Assembly: GCF_011386835.1 (NCBI RefSeq)
Contig: NC_088815.1
Coordinates: 13,206,001 to 13,270,000, forward strand
Direction: 5' to 3'
Source of the DNA: Chrysemys picta bellii
Lineage: Eukaryota
DNA length: 64,000 nucleotides
The position numbers and the translations under genes are program-made. Below are positions 23,579 to 35,250 of the stretch, in pieces (position 1 is the stretch's first letter; each line of letters begins with the position of its first letter). A model generated the notes under the pieces. That model was given only the letters and a program-made list of their open reading frames with translations, was not told where the DNA came from and ran no database searches.

Positions 23579-23784
23579 TGTAAAAAGAACAGGAGTACTT
23601 GTGGCACCTTAGAGACTAACAAATTTATTAGAGCATAAGCTTTCGTGGGCTACAACCCACTTCTTCGGATGCTGTAGTCCATGAAAGCTTATGCTCTAAT
23701 AAATTTGTTAGTCTCTAAGGTGCCACAAGTACTCCTGTTCTTTTTGCGGATACAGACTAACATGGCTGCTACTCTGAAACCTGT
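23579..23784. mobile_element. Penelope-like element 3' end with inversion (copy 2)
   Basis: Perfect 63-bp inverted repeat 23582-23644 / 23683-23745; terminal gatacagactaacatggctgctactctgaaacc; perfect 10-bp TSD CATAAATAGT (23569-23578, 23785-23794). Confidence 0.85.
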
Positions 23785-24789
23785 CATAAATAGTAGTTCT
23801 GTGCAGTAACCACCCAGTGTCCTTGTAAAGACACTTTCCGTCTAAGAGTTGAAATATGTTTTGGTTGCTTGCTGTGTTACGGGGCTGTTGTATGGATCAG
23901 GGTTTTCTGCCCCAGGACATGCTATTCTAAGTTTAAGGAAGGATAGAAACTTTTTCCTCCCAATAAATGAGCCCTACTGATGCCTGCATTTATACAGTTG
24001 TGAAATGATTTAACAAAACCCATTTATTTTATTTCTCTGGACATGCGTTGGTTTAATTCCATTCAGTGTGAGACTGTTCAGAGTTTCTCTGTGCTGAGAA
24101 ACAGTAGAGCTTAAGTGGGTGGGAGTATCTTGTTGATTGAATAACTTAATGAATTATATGATATTGGTTTCTAATTAAACTAGATAAGGGTTAAGGTTCA
24201 TTGGCTGGGGGTATGTGGGTAAACTTGTCCTGCTGCCGCATATGCTGTGTCTATCTTATGTGGATAGAGGACTTCAGTCCCCAGGACTCTCAAGCATTAA
24301 AATCACACATGCAACAGTAGAACGACTATAAGTATTATCCAGCAAACAGGCTTGTCTCCATGTGGTGGTAAGCGTCTTGTGGACCCTTTTTAATGTCCAT
24401 CTGGGCAGAAGCGTTTTCCATTTAGTGTCTCATGGTCAAATTGGTCCTTGTGCTACACGACTGGGGTCAGTTGTCATTGATGGGTGTGATCCCAAGTCAT
24501 GGTATGAGCTTGACATAAGACCATTATCCCCATTTCCCTCCCACTTTTGAGATCAGCAGTGATAACTTGTCCCACTCAGTTCTGACCTGTGCTTTTCAGG
24601 TGACTATTATTTGGCTCTGGTGTCTCATTGAAATTTAGCCTCTGCGAAGTTTAATTGAATCTTTACCCGCTCGCCTGCTAACTGAACCCAATCACCTGTT
24701 CAGAACGTCTTCTGACTCTGCACTAAGTTTTTTGTATTGTTAACCTGGTCAAGTTGCATAGGAGCCAAAAATACCCAGAGCATGGTAGG

Positions 24790-25200
24790 AAGCTAGTGGA
24801 CTGGCACAGGACTGGCAGTGGGGTATCCCTGAATTCTTTTTCCAGCTCTGATATTAATGTTGGGCAAATCATTTTGCCTCTTGGGCTCAGTTTCCCCTCT
24901 CTGAAATGGTTGTATGTGCTCTGAGTACGGGGTTGTTCTAGATTTTCAAGTGCTCAGTGTCTTCTGTCTTGACCGGTGTTTCAAGGTACTTATGTGGCCC
25001 ACATCACCGTAGTATCTGAGTGCCTCACAGCACCCTTGTGAGGCAGGGGAGTGCTATTATCCTCATTTCACAGGTGGGAAACTGAGGCAGGGAGCTGAAG
25101 TGAGTTGCCCAGGCTCACACAGGGAGTCTCTGGCAGAACTGGGAATTGAAGGCTTGAATTGTAGGCTAGTGCCCTAACCAGTGGACCATCCTTCCCCTCC
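24790..25200. mobile_element. Two MIR-like SINEs, tail-to-tail (plus about 24790-24960, minus about 24975-25200)
   Basis: gggcaaatcattttgcctc...cagtttcccc and gggaaactgaggcag...ttgcccaggctcacacag cores. Confidence 0.6.
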
Positions 25201-25329
25201 ATATAGATAGCTGTATTTTACTTAGTAGAACCTCACTGTTTGCCCTGTTGCTCATTAAATTGAACTTTTTTTTTTTCTGTACATTTTTTTAAGAGACATC
25301 AGAGCAAAAAGTTCTGACGGGGAGACGAA

Positions 25330-25429
25330 ATGGCTGACAAGAGGCGCCTGGCGTACTCCATCATCCAGTTCCTACATGACCAGCTACAGAATGGGGGTCT
25401 CTCTCCTGATGCCCAGGAGAGCTTAGAAG
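25330..25429 (+). CDS. SGTA: SGTA coding part of exon 2 (exon starts 25294)
   Basis: [33 protein letters not shown]; |gtaagt. Confidence 0.96.
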
Positions 25430-28400
25430 GTAAGTGGGTGGGTGTCTTCCCTGCGCATGCCTTCTAGAGCAGAGGTTTGCTCCAGGGCTCTTGGGCAATC
25501 CAAGCAGATCATTCCTTACTACCTGCCTCCTGTTCAGCTGTACAATTCCTGTGGTGCTGTAGTCCCTAAGCCTCCCTAATCGATGAAGTGAAATCTTAGT
25601 GAGAAGGGAACCCAAAATGTTAAGCAGCCAGACAAGAGAACGACTTTCCTGCTAGCCTCTTCCAGGAGAAGCACAGGCTAACCCAGGAAAGGAATCTATC
25701 TATCTATATATCTATATCTACGGCAATTGAAATTTACCCTGATCCAAATCTGAGACTTGCTATGTTGGGGCTTAGAGAAGGGCTTGTCTGCGGGGAGCAA
25801 TACGTCCTATGGAAGTGTGATTTCTAAAGTGCGCTAATATGCTGGGCATTCACAGGTCCGTGTAGAACCTGCAGGTGTGCACTGAATGTTTCCTAGTGTG
25901 CTTTAATGTATTTGTTGCTCACCAGCAAGGTGTGCACGGACCAATTAATGCACGACACGTTCGTGCGCTTTAGAAATCCCACCCCATGGTGCACATTATC
26001 CCACTGTGTAGACAAAGCCCTAAGTCTCAAAATGCGCTGCAAGACTGAGAGGTCAGGGAGCTTCTGTACAATGCAATGCTAAAAATGAATGCCTTCTACT
26101 TGTTGGAAGCTTTCCAACCCTGATGTTAAGAACCTTCCCCGTGGGCGACCCTGGGTATTACTATGGGAGGGCTGTGCCAGCGATAGGAGCATATGGCCCT
26201 TCACCCAAATGCAGCACACACCGAGACTAGTTGAAAGAGAGGGTCCAGCCAGAGCCAGGATAGGGAGTGACCGTTGTATGCAAAGGAGAAGTAAAGAAGG
26301 TTCCTTGAAGCATGGAAAAATTATTTCAAGTGCGGGATGCTGTGTATATAAAGGTACAAGGTAGGGGGGCTCTGCTAGGCTGAACTCTTCCAGCATGTCC
26401 TTAGGTCCGTCCTTAATGCACCGTCCTTGACCCAGGACTGGGAACGTTGGTAGGTAATGACATGTGAAAGAGGGGGCAGGAGCCAGCGTCAGAGGAGTAT
26501 CAGAGGGGTAGCCGTGTTCGTCTGGATCTGTAAAAGCAGCAAAGAGTCCTGTGGCACCTTATAGACTAACAGACGTATAGGAGCATGAGCTTTCATGGGT
26601 GAATACCCACTTCTTCGGATGCATGTGTTAGAGGTGTTGCCCATTTTGCTTTGTATCTCTGGTATTGCCAGTGTATAGCCAGAGAGGCTACAGTGAGCAG
26701 CTCAAAGAGCTAGTAAGGAGCAATTAACTCCCTGCATTTAAGTTTTTTAAAAACATGCAAATGATAATTCAGCACTTCAGATGCTGCGTGTGCTTGCAGG
26801 AGTGTAGATCTGCTTTGCCATCTGTGGGCAATATTGATTTTTTTCCTCCCTAAAATCATCTGAGACTATGGGGAGGTTGCCCTTGTGACTCACTCTAGAA
26901 GCTCTGTCTTTGGAGCCAAGGTTTGCACATCTCCATTAAGTGTGTTGGGAAAACACCGGCATGTAAGATACTGTGCCAGCTTCAGCGAGATAATGTTCAT
27001 TCCAGCACCTGCTTGCCACTGTAGCCAAAGGACTGCTGCAGTCTTCTGATCCGTTAGAATCTGCCTTGTGCTCAACAGCTAATGGCTTGTGCATGAGGTT
27101 TCAGATGCTCTAATCAACGCAGTGTTATCCTTGATGTAAGGAAAGATGGCCTTTTGTGGCTAAGGTACTGGACTGGGATCCAGGAGATTTGGGTTCAGTT
27201 CTTAGCCTTGCCACAGACTCCCTAGGTGACCTTGGACAAGTTACTAAATCGCTCCATGCCTCAGTTTCTCCATTTATAAAACTGGGATCGTTCTTTCACA
27301 GACGTTGTATGGATAAATTCGTTTGTTTCTGAGGCTGTCAGATACTACAGGGATGGGGCCATATAAGTACCTAGCTAGAAATGTTTTGCCTACACAACTG
27401 CAACTCCATTAGGGTTACTTTTGTGTTCACATACCTTGTAAACTTTGCAATTCTCTTTATTTCTAAATGGTTTTTTTTTCTCTTGTGGTTCCACGTTTCT
27501 CTTCCAATTGGCAACCTGTCCTAAAATAACTTTGCCCTTCTAAATTATTTCTTTGTCATACTTTTGCTTCCGTAGCTCCTTTCATTGAAGGGCCCCTCCC
27601 TAAACACTTTAGCAAACATTAATCCTTGCAATACCCTTGAAAGGGACTTAATGTCCCTATTTTACAGATGAGGAAACAGGCAGAGAGGTGAAATGATTTG
27701 CCCTAGGTGTCTCTCACGCCTAGTAACAGATCTGGGAATAAAACCCCATAGTCCTAGGCACTCTCAACTGTTCCACACTACCACTCCATAGCTAGATTAT
27801 GCCCCAATATGTAATCTGCTTCATATACATTTATATTTCTGATATCTTCATAAATTCAGACTCCACTGGAGGGAGGGAATGACACAAATAGGTGTTTAGA
27901 GCATGTGGGGAATGTTAAATGCTCACCTTCCTTCCCACCCAGTTGCTATCCAGTGCCTGGAGACTGCTTTTGGAGTATCCATGGAAGACCAGGATCTGGT
28001 TGTGTCTCAAACGCTCCCTGAAATTTTTGAAGCTGCTACAGGAAAGGTTTGTGTCCTACAGACTTCTCTGATCTACTAATGAAAATCATTGTCTAAGCTC
28101 AAGGTATTTATTAATAATATTAGAGATCTGAGATTTCACCTAAAACGGTGGAAAGCTACCCATTGTGTTTAGTTTCACAGCTGTGTCGCCCCGTTGGGGG
28201 AGTCAAAAGCTGGAAGCATTTAACTCTTAAAGGTGCAGTGTCAGGGAAATTAGAGCTCTGGTTTGTAGTAATTGCCAATGATAAAGCACAGCTTTCTTCT
28301 TCTTCTTTGATATTATAAGGAGCCTCATTACGTCAGAACAAATTCTGAGCCAGTCACCCCCTCGGAAGAAGACATGGCTGAAGCTGAAAGACTTAAGACT

Positions 28401-31400
28401 GAAGGTAACCACATACTGGGCTGGTATATTGAGAGGGGAAAGATAACACGGTATATACAGCATAGGCAACTAACAACGAAGGAGGCAGGCAGGCTTAACT
28501 CAAAAAGTATCTGAAGGTCTATGCAGCAAGAAGGAAGAGGAATTGTGAGGGGCGATGTAATTAGGGGCAGTGGGGTGGAATTAAGAACGGGTTCATCTCT
28601 GTGTATACCCATGGGGAGTCAGAGAATGCTCCACCCGTGTGGGCGATTCACCCGTTTTTATGCTCCGATGAAAGAGCGTGCCTTTGTCTGGCTAGTTCCC
28701 CGGAGTGCTGCTGAAGCAGAAGGGTGCTGGAATGTTGTTCAGACTGTATGTATAGGAACTGCTTCCACCACCTAAAGGCAGCACCCTCTGCGTGGGCATC
28801 TGGCAGCTCCTCGGCAGGCTCTCACGCAGGAGGGGCAGAATCCTATGTTCAACTAAAACTGCAGAAGTGTATTTCGGTGGCAGAATGTAGTGGCTCCAGT
28901 TGGAATCTAGCTAGGAGACCCCGTTAGTGTTCGCTCTGATCATTGCATCCTGGAAAAGAACACGTTGACTGGAACATGGCAAACATGCGCGCGGTTTTCT
29001 TCTCGACTGTAACCCCTTTTCCCGCATGCTCATCCTGGAAGAAAGTGAAACTCTCCCCACTCTGCAGCACCCCTAGTGGCCAGTTAGAGCAGTGCTGCCT
29101 GGCTCAGTGAATCTGGGGATGGAGACTGAAAGCTCTATGGCGATTGTGAGCTTGAAAGATGCTGAAGGGAAATTAATGAGGGAGCCTGCAGGATCCCTTC
29201 TGAAATGGCTGTGGTTAGCTTGGAAGCCCAATAATGCCAAAAGACCTACAGTTTCCTTGCTGGAGACTTCTCCCTGCACTGTTTGCTGAGCAGATCTCCC
29301 AGTTGTTCATATTCTGAGGCAGCAGTTCTCAGCCAGGTGGCCGAGGCCCCCCGGGGGGCTGTGAGCAGGTTTCAGGGGGGCTGTGAGCAGGTTTCAGGGG
29401 GTCTGCCAAGCAGGGCCAGCATCAGATTCACTGGGGCCCAGAGCAGAAAGCTGAAGCCGTGCTGCCCAAGCCCCTGAGCGACTTAGCTTCACTGGGCGCC
29501 CTGTGACCCGGGACCCCAGGCAGTTGCCCTTCTTGCTACCCCCAATGCTGGCTCTAGCTTTTATATGCAGAACACAGTTGGTGTAGCACAGGTGGGCTGT
29601 GGAGTTTTTATAGCATGTTTGGGGGACCTCAGAAAGAAAAAGGTTGAGAACCTCTGTTCTAAGGGAGGTGCAGAAGGGTGGAGTTTTCAGCATATCTAAA
29701 TGCTCCTTTTTGCATTATTTTTTAAGCAGAGACCAAGAAGAATTGAGACCCCGGCCCATTGCTCTAATTGCTTCATCTGTTTGACCTGTTGCAGAGACTT
29801 TTGTTTTTCTCTTTAGGTAATGAACAAATGAAGGCAGAAAACTTTGAAAGTGCTGTGTCTTTCTACGCAAAAGCAATTGAATTAAATCCATCAAATGCGG
29901 TATATTTTTGCAACAGGTACTGACAGTTAACTCTTTCGCTGCGGGTTTTTATATTCACATTCTTGTATTTTGAGCCTTGCCTCATTTTTCATTGTTTATG
30001 GGGCCCTCGCATGGTCAGACTCCTGATTTGAACCTTATCAGACTGTTCATTTATTGTTTGTCCTTTGTCTTTTGTAAACTTGTGCTGACGTGTTTTCCTT
30101 TGACTTCTGCCTGCCTTGTGGCACTGGCATCTCTAGGTAGGGCTGTTTTCCATATCCCTGTCCTATTAAGCACTTGATGAGATATATGGATACCAAGTAA
30201 CACTGTCTGGCTCTACTCGAAAACCCCTTTGTAGCTGTGGCAGACAGCCCAGATTTGGAAGGATTGTGTTGATAATGGACGAAGCAACAAAACAAGATCT
30301 GATCTTTCAGAGGTTGAGGATTGAAGGCCTGGTTTTCAAGGAATTCAGCATGCAGTTGTGTGCACAAAATGCTGATCTAATGTTCACTGAAATCAATGGA
30401 AAGACACCCATTCACTTGGCTCAGAGCCTACGTGCCCAACTTATACTTACTGTTTGCATGGATACAAATGGCCATGTAATTAACCTAATTAGCCTCAATG
30501 CATGTCCAACTCTTTGGAAAAATCATTTCATAAGCTGGTTTCCCCTCCTGAATTTTGCCTGTATCATGTGACCATTGAGAGCTTGAGTTGAGGTGCTGAT
30601 TACTTTCAATAGAAGTTGCAGGATTGAGGCATGAACAAGCATATTCCAGTATTTATATATGTATTTTTGCCTCCACCTGTGTATGTGTGTGATGGAGGGG
30701 GGAGGGGGGAAGACTGGGGGCGGGGGAAGAGCATAAACGTTATTTTGACCTGAGAAATCCAGGCATAGAGCTGTGATATCTTGTATTAAGAGATCAATTT
30801 CCATCCTGAACAATACCAATTTGAACAGATCTGCAAACTAGTAGACGCGTCTCCTTCACTCATCAGCCACCTCTGAGACAGCACAGGGGCGGAGCCATGC
30901 TCCATGATATGTTTGGGAGAGAAAATGAAGGAGGAGGATAGTGCATTCACCTGAAACTACAGGGGGCGCTTAGGATGGCAGTAGGTTGTTACCCAAGTTA
31001 GAATCTGAGCTGAAGTCAGGTTTTAAGTTTAAACCTTCCCTTGGGCGCTGAAGAGGGAGCATGAAGGGTGACGTTGATTGGCATATTCAGACCTAATAAG
31101 CTTCCTGGGCATTGCTTCCTCCCCTCTCTCCAGGGCGGCTGCTTACAGTAAATTAGGAAACTATGCTGGCGCCGTCAGAGACTGTGAGAGAGCTATCGGC
31201 ATTGACCCGAACTACAGCAAAGCTTACGGCAGAATGGGGTAGGTACTGGCCACTGCTTTTTTATAAAGGTGTTGACTTCAAAATGAATGGCAAGTCCTGT
31301 GGTAATGATACTGGTAGTGGTGCTCTACTTCAGAATGCTAACTAGGGAATAGCCAGTGCTTAATGGTCTGTGGATCTTAGATATGTAACCTTCTATAACG

Positions 31401-34400
31401 GTCCTTTATTTTATGTCCCCTCTCAACAGCTTAGCCCTCTCCAGTTTAAACAAACACGCAGAAGCTGTCATTTACTATAAAAAAGCCCTGGAGTTGGATC
31501 CAGACAATGAAACGTACAAATCAAACCTTAAAATAGCCGAACAGAAAATGAAAGAAACCCCTAGTCCAGTAAGTTTTTTCCTGTTCTGTTTGAGAGCCAA
31601 GCCAAGAATTATGCTGTGTTGGGGGGAGAAAAATAAATGTCTTCATTGTGCTACTTTAAAGCGTTACTGACCAGCTGTAACTGCTACATTAATGTCTCTC
31701 GGGATCTGACAGGGCGTTGTTAACGTGGGTTAAGTCTGGAATATAGGTGTACTGTATAAGGTGGTAATGGTGGGGCGGAGTAGGGGAAAAGGAAGTTTAT
31801 AACCCAATTAAAACCCAGTTAAAATAACTTCCCTGCAGCGCTGTGAACCCAAACACAGCAGCACTGGGCTTATCTGGAAAATGCCTAGAAAAAGTGAAAC
31901 TAAAAAGCAGAGTTTCACAGCCCTAAATAATGTTTACTCTCTTATTGCATTTTAACCATGAAACTCTGTGTTCATTGGTTCTCATTAGTAGGAAGGAAGG
32001 AGGTCTTTGAAGTATGTTTTCTTATCTTGATGGCCTTTTTTAAAAGGGACAAACTTCAGAGGGAAAAATATCCTTGATCACACTCAGTTTTCAGGCCAGA
32101 GTATTTAGAGTTTGACCGATTCTCATTTCCACTAAGGGCCCTTTACACTGGACTTCAGTGCAAATGAGAATTAGGCCCTTATGGCAAGAGTATAAATAAA
32201 GAACCTTAAGCAACAGTCACTCTTACCTTTTGTTTAGGGTTAAATCAGAAATCTGTGTACAGAATGATTTGCAGCTGTAGCGATGTTCTGGTTAAAGACA
32301 TACACCTTTAGGTTAATGGCAGCATGCTGTGAACTGTACTGGAGGCAATGTTGTTGTTGTGCCTGTCTACATTTATATTTGGTTTCCTCCTTGCAGACTG
32401 GAGGCACAGGAGGATTTGATTTAGCTGGATTGCTGAATAACCCAGGCTTCATGAGCATGGTAAATTTGCACACATTAGATCCCAGCCAGCATGCATCTTG
32501 TCTGTGTATTTGGATGTAAGGAACGAAATGTATTGATGCGTGACCTTGGGAGTTCAGACATTTCACTAGCAGATCTGTTTTCATTTCATTCATCAAAGGA
32601 TTGCTTTGAGGAGACTGAATTGAAGCTAAAGAGCCGGTTACTTACTCACAGGCTTTTCAGTGTGAGATGTGAGGATGTGATAGAGGCTCCCTGCTCTGCA
32701 TGATCAGCCTTGTCTTGTGTGTTGTACTGTGTTTCTCTTATCGCTACTCTTCCTGTGAATATACCTTAGTTCCGCTGCCTTCACTCTGTGGAGTTGAATG
32801 GCACGACATCTGTATATCCACGCAGGCACTTCTTAAATAGGATGTAATCTTTTTCTTTTTAAATAGGCATCGAACCTCATGAACAATCCACAAGTACAAC
32901 AGCTGTAAGTTCGATACCGTCTCGTATTTCTTCTTTGAATCACTCATTTGACTTTGTGCTTTGGTTGGCTGTTGGGGTACGGCTGAAGTGAGGTTCTGGT
33001 GGGTCCTGGGCTCATAAATGTGTATGAAGGCATTTAAAGCAACACGTTATTTTGTTCTGTGTACCAGTTATGTTCATTGTGGCTTGACATGCTAAGGACT
33101 TGTATAGTAAAGATGTGCAGAAAGGGGAGGGAAGGTGGCCTGGAGTTATCACACTGAGATGGGGCTCGGGAACTCAGGGTTTGATTCATTCTGCCATAGA
33201 TTTCCTGCATCACTGGCGAGTCACTTCACCTCTGTCGCATTCCTCGTCTGTGAAATGGGATACTTTACTGCCTGTGAGCACAAATTCATGAGTGTTTGTG
33301 AGGTGCTCACATACTGTCAGGCCATAAACTACATAGATAAGCCTTTGTGACTCTTCTATTTATCCACTTTAAAGCACAATTACAGTTAGAAATGGGGTAC
33401 TCTAACGGATTTTTGGGGATGCTATAATTTATTCTGACTTCCTGATCCCATTGGCTTGGCTTACAAGCCAAAGATCTGGTGTCACCATATGCAATTGGTT
33501 CTTTCTGCCTCTTCCATCATCATTGTGAATAGAGGCTCTGCAGTTGGAACTGAACTGCCAATTTTGTTAACGACACAAAAGGCAGGATAAGATCCATCTT
33601 GCACGCACATAGTTCCTCTGTCTTACATGAGTTGAAACACCTTTTGGCCTTCCAGTGTCCCCAGATCTGACTTGAAGAAACACAGTGAGCAGATTTCTTA
33701 ATGCATTAGAACCTCCTGTATAAACCATGCATGCACAAGGCAGAATCTTCATATCTCTCAAGACAACAATAGCAGATACTGTAGCAAGGCCCATTATTAC
33801 TAAGATCTTTACAATATCTATACTACAGCCCACTTGCTATTGTGCTGTTGATAACATCAATTAAATGAAACTGCAGCTGATGAAGTTAATACACAAATGG
33901 TGAATTAGAGAGGTTCTACTTTATGCAGCTTTTTGACCTTAAAGATCAGAAGGCAAGCGGCAGGGGTTTCAGTACGATTCTCCTGAACGTCTGGCCAAGC
34001 ATTCAGCAGTAGAACTGAGGAGGGAGGGATTGGATTACGCTTAATCCCATAAGAAACTCTGGCTCTTCACACTAATTGTAGGAGCGCCTTAATTTAAATT
34101 TAATTCTAGCAAGCCAAAGCGTTTCCTCATTAATCATGAAACTGACATGCTTTGTGCTGACTTTCAAAAAAAAAAAAAAAAAAAAAAAGTAACTTTTGTG
34201 CCTACCAAAAAACTTGTAGTAAGTGAAATCTCCATCTCTCTTTATTCTGAGCAATAAATATTTCTTTGCAGAATGTCTGGGATGATTTCAGGTGGCCAGA
34301 ATCCTATGGGAGCAGCAGGGGCCAGCCCTTCCCCGAACGACCTTGCCAGCCTTATCCAAGCGTAAGTCGAATGACTTTTTTCCACCTCTTGGAATAGTCA

Positions 34401-34895
34401 ATAGGTGCATTTCAGTCGTCTTGATCAAAAGTCAAAGCTTCACTTACAACCAAGCACCTTCCAGAAAACTTTAGTCTCGCCCCCTGCCTTTCAGTAATAT
34501 ACCCCAACTTCTTTTCCTAAATAGAACAGGGGTGTCTCTTGTGCCGTGGGGAACTTAGTATCCCCTGGTCGCAGTGCTAGACTTCTCTGTGCTCCAAACT
34601 GCCCTGACGTTAGGGTGATCAGTTAGTAAGTGTCAGAAATCGGGACGGGGATAATAGGCACCTGTATCAGAGAGAGCCCCAAATATAGGGACTGTCCCTA
34701 TATAATCGGGACATCTGGTCACCCGGCCTGACATGCGTGATGAGACCAATTGATTAGATGTGTCGCTTTCTCTCCTTCAGAGGTCAACAGTTTGCTCAGC
34801 AGATGCAGCAGCAGAATCCAGAGCTAATAGAACAGTTACGAAGTCAGATCAGGAGTCGAACCCCCAGTGCTAGCAACGAGGACCAGCAGGAATGA
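25330..34895 (+). CDS. SGTA: Small glutamine-rich TPR co-chaperone alpha, 10 coding exons, 939 nt, 312 aa
   Basis: Exons 25330-25429, 27943-28046, 28320-28404, 29817-29916, 31134-31238, 31430-31568, 32397-32459, 32867-32904, 34272-34361, 34781-34895. GT-AG introns and continuous frame; N-terminal dimerisation domain, three TPRs, Q-rich C-terminus. Confidence 0.97.
25780..26020. mobile_element. Harbinger-like palindromic MITE
   Basis: Ends GGGCTTGTCT...GTGTAGACAAAGCCC followed by TAA; internal inverted segments (gatttctaaagtgcg / cgctttagaaatc). Confidence 0.7.
26496..26625 (-). mobile_element. Penelope-like element 3' end, single arm (copy 3), SGTA intron 2
   Basis: Homologous to copies 1 and 2 (gtggcacctta.agactaaca...gagcat.agctttc); possible degenerate TSD cgtcagagg / tgttagagg. 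Confidence 0.8.
27145..27375 (+). mobile_element. MIR-like SINE
   Basis: ggactgggatccaggagatttgggttc...gtgaccttggacaagttact...gcctcagtttctcc. Confidence 0.75.
27610..27790 (-). mobile_element. MIR-like SINE
   Basis: tttacagatgaggaaacaggcagagaggtgaaatgatttgccc. Confidence 0.65.
27943..28046 (+). CDS. SGTA: SGTA exon 3 (104 nt)
   Basis: [35 protein letters not shown]. Confidence 0.95.
28320..28404 (+). CDS. SGTA: SGTA exon 4 (85 nt)
   Basis: [28 protein letters not shown]; ataag|...|gtaacc. Confidence 0.93.
29320..29656. mobile_element. hAT (Charlie-like) MITE, 337 bp, SGTA intron 4
   Basis: TIRs CAGCAGTTCTCAGCC / GGTTGAGAACCTCTG; 8-bp TSD ttctgagg / ttctaagg (1 mismatch). Confidence 0.85.
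29817..29916 (+). CDS. SGTA: SGTA exon 5 (100 nt, TPR1)
   Basis: [34 protein letters not shown]. Confidence 0.96.
31134..31238 (+). CDS. SGTA: SGTA exon 6 (105 nt, TPR2)
   Basis: [35 protein letters not shown]. Confidence 0.96.
31430..31568 (+). CDS. SGTA: SGTA exon 7 (139 nt, TPR3)
   Basis: [46 protein letters not shown]. Confidence 0.96.
32397..32459 (+). CDS. SGTA: SGTA exon 8 (63 nt)
   Basis: [21 protein letters not shown]. Confidence 0.95.
32867..32904 (+). CDS. SGTA: SGTA exon 9 (38 nt)
   Basis: [13 protein letters not shown]; aatag|...|gtaagt. Confidence 0.94.
33135..33345 (+). mobile_element. MIR-like SINE
   Basis: ggaactcagggtttgattc...gagtcacttcacctctgt...ctgtgaaatggg. Confidence 0.6.
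34272..34361 (+). CDS. SGTA: SGTA exon 10 (90 nt)
   Basis: [30 protein letters not shown]. Confidence 0.95.
34611..34726. mobile_element. hAT MITE, 116 bp, SGTA intron 10
   Basis: TIRs TAGGGTGATCAG / CTGGTCACCCGG; 8-bp TSD cctgacgt / cctgacat. Confidence 0.85.
34781..34895 (+). CDS. SGTA: SGTA exon 11 coding part (exon ends 34904)
   Basis: [37 protein letters not shown]; CCAG|gtgagt donor 9 nt after the stop. Confidence 0.96.
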
Positions 34896-35250
34896 GAATA
34901 CCAGGTGAGTTCATAAGCCCTACGTTATACAAGCCAGCTCTATTGAGCAGGGACTTACTTCTATGCTGGTTACTCAAGCTCCGTCTCATGTCTTTGGACA
35001 ACCTACTTCACGCATTCTCTGTGCCTGTTTCCCTACTTGTAAAATGTGTGTGATAGCACCATACCTCAGAGAGACACTGAGGGTTAGTGGTTGTAAAGTG
35101 CTTTGAACTACTATAGAAGCACAAGGTGCTATTTACATGTCCCTTGCTGGCCATCAAACAAATAAGTCTCATCCTATGTGCAGAGGGGTTAGGAGAGGGC
35201 AATTTGAAAAACAAAAATCACAAATATGTCTTGTCTTCCTGTCTTTGCAG

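Noticed and set aside
34146-34168. Long A tract upstream of SGTA exon 10
   Set aside because: No upstream SINE or retrocopy body and no TSD seen; simple homopolymer.
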